The notes below the pieces were generated by a model, which saw only the letters and a program-made list of their open reading frames with translations, was not told where the DNA came from and made no database searches. From NCBI GenBank assembly GCA_016186955.1, contig JACPKP010000004.1, positions 142,563 to 206,562 of the forward strand: a DNA stretch of 64,000 bases. The letters are read 5' to 3'. The translations under genes and the position numbers were made by a program. The stretch comes from Candidatus Daviesbacteria bacterium (GTDB lineage Bacteria > Patescibacteriota > Microgenomatia > Daviesbacterales > UBA10151). Numbering within the stretch: position 1 is the stretch's first letter; every line of letters starts with the position of its first letter. Of this stretch, positions 57,877 through 64,000 are shown in pieces.

Positions 57877-57902
57877 GTCATCCCCGCGGAAGCGGGGATC
57901 CA
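57876..57902 (+). repeat. YGTCAT-tagged 27-bp REP between glmS and glmU
   Basis: TGTCATCCCCGCGGAAGCGGGGATCCA. Confidence 0.85.
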
Positions 57903-57911
57903 ATTAAAATC

Positions 57912-59669
57912 CTACCTCACAACGACTGACTTTGCCAGATTTCTAGGTCTATCAGGGTTCAACCCTAATTTCAAAGCCAGATAGTATGACAAAAGCTGGG
58001 CAAAAACAGGGTGGGGGATAACTGAGCTTGCCCCAACATCCCTTACCTTAAAAAAGAAGTCAAAAACCGGATTGTTCTCCGGTCCTACACCGATAATAAA
58101 TGCGCCCCGTGCCTTAACCTCCATGGCGTTTGCCAAAATGGCCTGTTTAGTTTCATCTTCCGGTACAAAAACTATCACAGGAGTATTTTTTTCTATTAGC
58201 GCAATCACTCCATGCTTAAGCTCTCCTCCTGCAAAACCCTCAGCATGGATATAGGCGTTTTCCTTAATTTTAAGACTTGATTCCATTGCAACAGGGTACG
58301 AAAGCCCCCTTCCCAAAATGAAAATATTTTTCTGGTGGAATATTTTACCTGCTAAATTTTTGATTGCAGACCTCCTTTTAAGAATTGATTCAATTTCTCT
58401 GGCGCTTTCAAGGATTATTTTTTGGGCTGTTTTTCTTTTACCAACAAGACAATAAGATAAAAACACCATATGGGCAAACATGGCTGTCAAAGCCTTTGTG
58501 GAACATACTGCTTTTTCAACACCTGCCCTCAGCAAAACAGGGAAATCCACGCTCCTGTACAAGGTTGAGCCTAAAACATTAACCAAAGCAACTGTTTTTG
58601 CACCATGCTTTTTTGCTGAAAGTACAGGTTCAAGCGTATCAATGCTTTCCCCTGACTGTGAAACAGCCACCACCAGGCTTTTAGGCTTTATGTAATCCTC
58701 GATATAATTGAACTCAGATCCAACTGAAAAGTTAACATGTTTTTTGGCTATTTTTGAGAAAAGATAAACTCCCAGCAGACATGAATAACTGGCCGATCCG
58801 CAAGCGATAAAAAATGTCCCATAGGCTTTCCTGATCATGCCCGCCACTTGCTCCACCTCTTTGGCGTTTTGTGCAATATTCCGGAGCGCCTTTGGCTGCT
58901 CATATATTTCTTTTTCTAAAAAGTATTTATATTTTTGCAGGCCTGAAGTACTGTGTTCCCAAGGCACCGTAGTAATAATAGGCTGAAGTTTTCTGGAGTT
59001 TAGGCTGTTGTAAAGCTCTAATTCTTTATTTAACCTGATAAGCTGGTTATCTTGTAAAAACACTAATTTTTTTGTGTGGGGGAGTAAGGCGTTCGGATCG
59101 GAAGCAATAAAAAGTTTTCCATTGCCAACACCTGCGATAAGGGGTGAACCAACTTTAGCTGCAATAATTTCATTCCCATCAGATACCACAATAGCGTTTA
59201 ATCCGCGTAATTTCTGGAATATATTTAAAACCGCTTGATTTAAACCATTTTTTTTTAGCGCTTCTTCAATCAAGTGTACGATCACCTCGGTATCAGTTTC
59301 AGATTTCAGATTGTGGCTTTTAAGGGTTTTTTTAAGCTCAAGATAATTCTCAACTATGCCGTTATGGACTAAAACCAGTTTGCCGCTGCAATCTTTATGT
59401 GGGTGGGCATTAATTTGAGTAACACCTCCATGTGTGGCCCAGCGGGTATGCCCTATTGCCAATCCCACACCGTCATTCCCGCGAAAGCGGGAATCCATTA
59501 TTTTTGGTAAAAAACCTGTGTTTTTTTCTATCTTCCATATTCCATCTTCTATATTCCAACTTGCTATTCCCCAAGAATCATAACCCCTGTACTCTATATC
59601 TTTGAGGCCATTAAAGGTTGTTTGAACCGCATTTGTATCCTGACCAATTACCCCAAAAATTCCGCACAT
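57912..59669 (-). CDS. glmS: Glutamine--fructose-6-phosphate aminotransferase
   Basis: MCGIFG, GHTRWATHG, ELKHG, PRNLAKSV. Confidence 0.96.
   Translation of the reverse strand: MCGIFGVIGQDTNAVQTTFNGLKDIEYRGYDSWGIASWNIEDGIWKIEKNTGFLPKIMDSRFRGNDGVGLAIGHTRWATHGGVTQINAHPHKDCSGKLVLVHNGIVENYLELKKTLKSHNLKSETDTEVIVHLIEEALKKNGLNQAVLNIFQKLRGLNAIVVSDGNEIIAAKVGSPLIAGVGNGKLFIASDPNALLPHTKKLVFLQDNQLIRLNKELELYNSLNSRKLQPIITTVPWEHSTSGLQKYKYFLEKEIYEQPKALRNIAQNAKEVEQVAGMIRKAYGTFFIACGSASYSCLLGVYLFSKIAKKHVNFSVGSEFNYIEDYIKPKSLVVAVSQSGESIDTLEPVLSAKKHGAKTVALVNVLGSTLYRSVDFPVLLRAGVEKAVCSTKALTAMFAHMVFLSYCLVGKRKTAQKIILESAREIESILKRRSAIKNLAGKIFHQKNIFILGRGLSYPVAMESSLKIKENAYIHAEGFAGGELKHGVIALIEKNTPVIVFVPEDETKQAILANAMEVKARGAFIIGVGPENNPVFDFFFKVRDVGASSVIPHPVFAQLLSYYLALKLGLNPDRPRNLAKSVVVR
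59471..59497 (+). repeat. 27-bp REP in frame inside glmS
   Basis: CGTCATTCCCGCGAAAGCGGGAATCCA encodes MDSRFRGND. Confidence 0.88.
59526..59560. repeat. 7-bp tandem repeat (TTCYATM x5) inside glmS
   Basis: ttctatc ttccata ttccatc ttctata ttccaac. Confidence 0.72.
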
Positions 59670-59723
59670 GAGTTATGAGAACAGACCTAAATTAACACAA
59701 AGCGGTAAAAAATGTCAAAAAGA

Positions 59724-59941
59724 AGGGCGCCTGGGAAACCCAGGCGCCCTGCGGCCGGAGGCCGACGCTGATCAGTGCATTAATACGAACTGGTTGTTTA
59801 CGTTACTCACGTCACAGTCCTCCTCCAGTTGGTAAATTCTTACAAAGGTAAGCAGGCTGCATTGAAATTTGAATTTCCTCAAATAATCCCTGCCACCTCT
59901 GTAAGTTTGGATATAATACCACGTTAAAACTCATATGTCAA
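59724..59941 (-). other. Orphan transcription unit: promoter, long hairpin, SD, 12-aa ORF, terminator
   Basis: TTGACA-17-TATTAT; hairpin 59905-59839; GGAGGAGG; GTG 59810 MSNVNNQFVLMH; terminator 59750-59724. Confidence 0.55.
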
Positions 59942-59965
59942 GTATTATAGGATAAGATGTTTTTG

Positions 59966-60039
59966 TGGACTCCAGAGGGTTCGAACCTCTGACCTCTTCA
60001 GTGTAAATGAAGCGCTCTAACCAGCTGAGCTAGGAGTCC
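59966..60039 (-). tRNA. tRNA-Val(TAC)
   Basis: Canonical cloverleaf; CTTCA-TTTACAC-TGAAG. Confidence 0.96.
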
Positions 60040-60043
60040 TTAG

Positions 60044-60127
60044 TGCCGAGGAGAGGACTCGAACCTCCACGCTCTTGCGAGCACATGCACCTCAAGCATG
60101 CCTGTCTGCCAGTTCCAGCACCCCGGC
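60044..60127 (-). tRNA. tRNA-Leu(GAG)
   Basis: CATGC-TTGAGGT-GCATG; long variable arm. Confidence 0.96.
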
Positions 60128-60340
60128 ATTTTGGTTTATTATACCTAAAGCTTGTTCTATTTTAAACCTTTCCCTCTCTAAACTTAGTACCCAAAAATTT
60201 TTGTCTTGTTTGGCATTAAACCAATATTCAGTAAAAATCTATATAATTTTACATTGCCAAACTGAATTTGATAATAGTTACTTTTGGGGTTATTTGATAA
60301 GCTTTCTATATTGAATTTGAAGAGTAATCTTATTTTACTT

Positions 60341-60742
60341 TTACGCTTTTTTTTGTTCCTGGCTTAACAGTAAGTAGGCAAATTCCAAAATTTGAGGCAC
60401 CATGTAATTTTTGAGTCTAACTACTACATGTCTTGGTACACGAGCTCCTTTATCTGGAGAATAAACCTCTACTACACCATCAGGTTTAGTCATCTGCAAA
60501 TTTACCATTAATTCAGAATTTCGATTTTCATAGTAATAGTCGACAGCATTATAAAAATCTTCTTTGCTGTAATATTCTCTCGCAGCAACACTATCTCCAT
60601 CAGCAGTATAATATAATAAACAGATTCTATCTCTATCTTGTCTATCTTGTTGAAAACTATCACAATCCTGCAAAGATGTCAGTATTTCTATTGACCTTAG
60701 CTTATCTATATTTGGGTTAGGATTTTGCTCTGTTTCACTCAT
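60341..60742 (-). CDS. Hypothetical protein
   Basis: AT-rich ORF between tRNA-Leu genes; -10-like hexamer just before ATG 60742. Confidence 0.62.
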   Translation of the reverse strand: MSETEQNPNPNIDKLRSIEILTSLQDCDSFQQDRQDRDRICLLYYTADGDSVAAREYYSKEDFYNAVDYYYENRNSELMVNLQMTKPDGVVEVYSPDKGARVPRHVVVRLKNYMVPQILEFAYLLLSQEQKKA

Positions 60743-60882
60743 GCTAGGAATAATACCATAAAAAAAAGACAATGTCAACTATGGGTCTACTGTTCAAATC
60801 ATTCGCTCCTGAAACCTCCATAAAGGAGTTACTAGTGTCTTTCGTACAACCCACATAGGTGTATGCCTATCCTTAAGATTAG

Positions 60883-60965
60883 TGCCGAGGAGAGGAGTTG
60901 AACCTCCACGGGATTGCTCCCACAACGTTCTGAACGTTGCGTGTCTACCATTCCACCACCCCGGC
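60883..60965 (-). tRNA. tRNA-Leu(CAG)
   Basis: CAACG-TTCAGAA-CGTTG; long variable arm. Confidence 0.96.
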
Positions 60966-61035
60966 TTTAAACTTAATTCTACCTTAATTTTTAATTTTTT
61001 GCATTTTTCATTTGGTGTATAATCGGGGCAGGAAA

Positions 61036-62034
61036 ATGACAGAGTTTAGGATTGTCACTTTTGGGGGAGGAACCGGGCACTATACGCTGTTGCGCGGGCT
61101 TGTTGAACAAAACAGGCCGGAGTCCGTCACAGCCGTCCCTTCAACCTGGGATGACGGGGGATCCTCGGGAAGGCTCCGTACCGAGATGGGGGTGTTGCCC
61201 CAAGGTGATGCCAGACAATGCTTACTGGCTCTAATGACCAGTGATGAGCAAAGGCAGGTGGCGCAGCAGCTTTTCAATGACAGGTTTGCCAGCGAACGCG
61301 GACCCCTGAAAGGCCACAGCCTGGGAAATCTTATCTTTGCCAGGCTGGAGCGGACTTTCCAGGGCCAGGACCGGGGGCTTGAAGCAGCCAGAATCCTTTT
61401 TAAGGTTAAATCCAAAATCATACCGCCTACTTTAACAAATACAATTTTAATAGCCAAAACAAAAAAAGGGGTCATTATAGAGGGTGAAACAAATGTTGAC
61501 CACAGAAAAAAAAGAGAGGACTTTGACCCGAAAGACAGAATTTCCAGATTATATTTTGACACCAAAGCAGATGCAAACCCTCAAGCGCTTCATGAAATAA
61601 GTAAAGCTGATGTTTTAATTTTCTCATCAGGGGATTTATATACCAGTATCCTGCCGCATCTTTTAATTTCCGGGATACAGGAGGGGATACTTTCATCAAA
61701 AGCTAAGCTTTTTTTTATAGTAAATTTGATGACCAAGGCAGGTGAGACTGATTTCTATAAAGCGTCCGATCATATTGAGGTTTTTCTGCATTATTTGGGG
61801 GATCCAAAAAGGTTAAATTACATCGTTGTCAATGAAAACCGCATCGACAAGAAAGTTATTAACCAATACAGGGAAGAAAGCCAGGAATTGGTTAAAATTG
61901 ATGCTGAAAGAATCCATAAGCTGGCCGCAAAATCAAGGATACTCAAGGCCCCAATGGCCTTATATTTTCCCAAAGAACATCTTTTACGCCATAACCCTGA
62001 GGTCTTGGCATCAACAATACTTAAAGCTGCCTGA
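61036..62034 (+). CDS. yvcK: YvcK/GlmR (CofD-like) protein
   Basis: [31 protein letters not shown]. Confidence 0.9.
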   Translation: MTEFRIVTFGGGTGHYTLLRGLVEQNRPESVTAVPSTWDDGGSSGRLRTEMGVLPQGDARQCLLALMTSDEQRQVAQQLFNDRFASERGPLKGHSLGNLIFARLERTFQGQDRGLEAARILFKVKSKIIPPTLTNTILIAKTKKGVIIEGETNVDHRKKREDFDPKDRISRLYFDTKADANPQALHEISKADVLIFSSGDLYTSILPHLLISGIQEGILSSKAKLFFIVNLMTKAGETDFYKASDHIEVFLHYLGDPKRLNYIVVNENRIDKKVINQYREESQELVKIDAERIHKLAAKSRILKAPMALYFPKEHLLRHNPEVLASTILKAA

Positions 62035-62147
62035 ATTATCCAATGTTGCTTGAATTTGACATTCTGCAGGTTATGGGATATAATTATGAACTAGATCCTG
62101 GAGTATGACCCCTCATACCCCAGGATTTTTTGACGCGAGGAATAAAT

Positions 62148-62747
62148 ATGAGCAATAAAATTATTTTGTCGGCGCTGCTTTCATTGATATTTATCACTTT
62201 GCCTATATCCACGGCGGAAAGTTTGGTGGATAAAAAACAAGAGATTAAATTTGAAGCCAAAAAACTTGATAACCGCGCTATAGTTTTAAAGGATTATCTG
62301 GAAAAACATAATTCACCCCTGCAATATCATTCACAGGATTTCATTGATGCGGCTGACACATACCATTTAGACTGGAAATTGGTACCCGCTATTGCCGGCG
62401 TCGAATCCACTTTTGGAAAAGCCATACCCGGAGGATATAATGGTTGGGGTTGGGGAGTATATGGCAACCAGGCTTTGGAATTTGAGTCCTGGAATGACGG
62501 AATTCATACCGTAAGCCAGGGGTTGAAAGAGAATTATGTCAATAGGGGTTTAACCACTCCGGCAGCCATGAACCGTGTTTATGCCGCTTCACCAACTTGG
62601 GGCAATAAAGTCAATTATTTTATGAACGATATTGAAAAATACGCAAAATCCCAAAATTACTCCGGGCCGGAGGAACTTCCGGTAAAATATAGCTCTCCTG
62701 AAGCAAAAACAGCAGCTATATCTGCAAAGCTTACCCTCAAACCTTAA
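62148..62747 (+). CDS. Secreted glucosaminidase/lysozyme-like cell-wall hydrolase
   Basis: Signal peptide; AIAGVESTFG...YNGWGW...YA...W. Confidence 0.7.
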   Translation: MSNKIILSALLSLIFITLPISTAESLVDKKQEIKFEAKKLDNRAIVLKDYLEKHNSPLQYHSQDFIDAADTYHLDWKLVPAIAGVESTFGKAIPGGYNGWGWGVYGNQALEFESWNDGIHTVSQGLKENYVNRGLTTPAAMNRVYAASPTWGNKVNYFMNDIEKYAKSQNYSGPEELPVKYSSPEAKTAAISAKLTLKP

Positions 62748-64000
62748 CTTTGGTAAAGTATGCGGGTAGCTTGATAGATAGCATCCGTTAAAAACTTGAG
62801 GTCCGCCTGGGTAGAAACAAGCGGCGGGGTAAAACGGATGGCTGGGAATGATTTAGAAGCCGGATATGTCCATACTCCCAACTCACGCAGCTTTAAATTG
62901 ACTAAATCCCTCATCTTTGGATCAGGGATGCCATTTTTATCATAAAATTTAATGCTTCTGTACAAACCTATCCCGTCTACTTTTAAAGAGGGTAGCCTCA
63001 TATTATGAAGATTTAAGATATCATAGGGCTCTATTGCATTTTTCAGCATTTTCCCAAACTCCGGTGAAAGGTTACGGGCATTTTCAACTATTTTTTCTTC
63101 CTCATAGATCCTCATTACAAAATTTGCTGCAGCCATCCCGGCGTTATATCCCGGAAAGGTCCCAGAAATTTTACCATGCGGGAAATTATAAAGATCGTTT
63201 ATCCCTTTTTTTAATACAAAACATGAAACCGGGACAATGACGCCCAAAGACTTTCCCAAAACAATTGCATCCGGGTTAAGCCCTAATGCCTGATACCCAA
63301 ACCACTCACCACATCTGCCCATTCCCGCCTGAATCTCATCAGATATAGAATAAACCCCTTCCGTCTTCAAAAAATCTTCTACCTCTTTTATGTAACGGCC
63401 CACCCTCATACCGCCCCCTTCACCCTGCACTGGTTCATACAATAAATATGAAAATACTTTCAAGTTCAAGCTCTTTAGTTTTTCTAAACATGCTTTCAGT
63501 CCTTCTTTTGTTTCGGGATAAGGCAAGCGGTAAGCATGATGATCCCTCTCCGCCTCGTTCCAATGGATCGGGTTGGAATCTGAACTGTCCCTGGCTTCAC
63601 CGTGGCGTCCATGAAAGGCTTTCTCAAATGTCAGCCAATAGGGCCTTCCTGTAACCGTCCGAAAATATCGGAGGGCGTCATTGGCGCCAAGCGCCCCGGT
63701 GACATCCGGGAAACATATTGTATTTTCCGGACCAAAGGTATGCTGAGCCAACCGCCTTTGCAGTCCAGGAGGAGAGATCTCCATCCGCTCTCCATCCACT
63801 GTTAAAAAACTTCTGGCATAGCAATCTGTATTAATGGAAGAGGTGATGATCTTTTCCCGGGCGGCTTTAGCGTAATACTTTCTGGTCCAACTAATAAGTT
63901 TAGGGTGGTTATGGCCAATATTAACCATACTTACTTGTGAGGCTGCATCAAAATATTTCTTCCCATCCTCATCCCAAACCCAAACCCCGTCCCCCTTGCA
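62744..64000 (-). CDS. Class III PLP-dependent aminotransferase (5' end outside window)
   Basis: FHGR, EPVQGEGG, DEIQAGMGRCG, GKSLG; frame open to the window end (GDGVWVWDEDGKKYFD). Confidence 0.9.
   Translation of the reverse strand, partial: CKGDGVWVWDEDGKKYFDAASQVSMVNIGHNHPKLISWTRKYYAKAAREKIITSSINTDCYARSFLTVDGERMEISPPGLQRRLAQHTFGPENTICFPDVTGALGANDALRYFRTVTGRPYWLTFEKAFHGRHGEARDSSDSNPIHWNEAERDHHAYRLPYPETKEGLKACLEKLKSLNLKVFSYLLYEPVQGEGGGMRVGRYIKEVEDFLKTEGVYSISDEIQAGMGRCGEWFGYQALGLNPDAIVLGKSLGVIVPVSCFVLKKGINDLYNFPHGKISGTFPGYNAGMAAANFVMRIYEEEKIVENARNLSPEFGKMLKNAIEPYDILNLHNMRLPSLKVDGIGLYRSIKFYDKNGIPDPKMRDLVNLKLRELGVWTYPASKSFPAIRFTPPLVSTQADLKFLTDAIYQATRILYQS

Overview
Bacterial chromosome segment in the standard genetic code. 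Gene content, mostly leaderless promoters and repeat families suggest a Patescibacteria (CPR, Microgenomates-like) genome, which is an inference. Housekeeping blocks are carAB, an N-truncated murA, purF, dxr, glmS-glmU, yvcK, msrA/msrB, dsbA/dsbB and six intact tRNAs. There is also a surface-glycan operon (a frameshifted four-domain glycosyltransferase/flippase, GT-C proteins, an LPXTG protein and a sortase) and an accessory island at about 5-19.5 kb with IS remnants, TA modules and pseudogenes. The most striking unexplained structure is tRNA-anchored nuclease cassettes. A tRNA-Gln 5' half cut at the anticodon is followed by an HTH/LAGLIDADG-like ORF and then a different, intact tRNA-Gln with the same anticodon. 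Upstream lie 54-bp tandem repeats built from the tRNA 5' end, and the matching tRNA 3' end lies 2 kb downstream. A tRNA-Leu 5' fragment followed by a GIY-YIG ORF sits at the window edge. The window is also invaded by small palindromic elements: frame-preserving copies in carA, glmS and dipZ, nested copies, and two IS200/IS605-type MITEs. Three orphan transcription units share a promoter, long hairpin, SD and terminator layout. All calls are by eye and no database searches were run.
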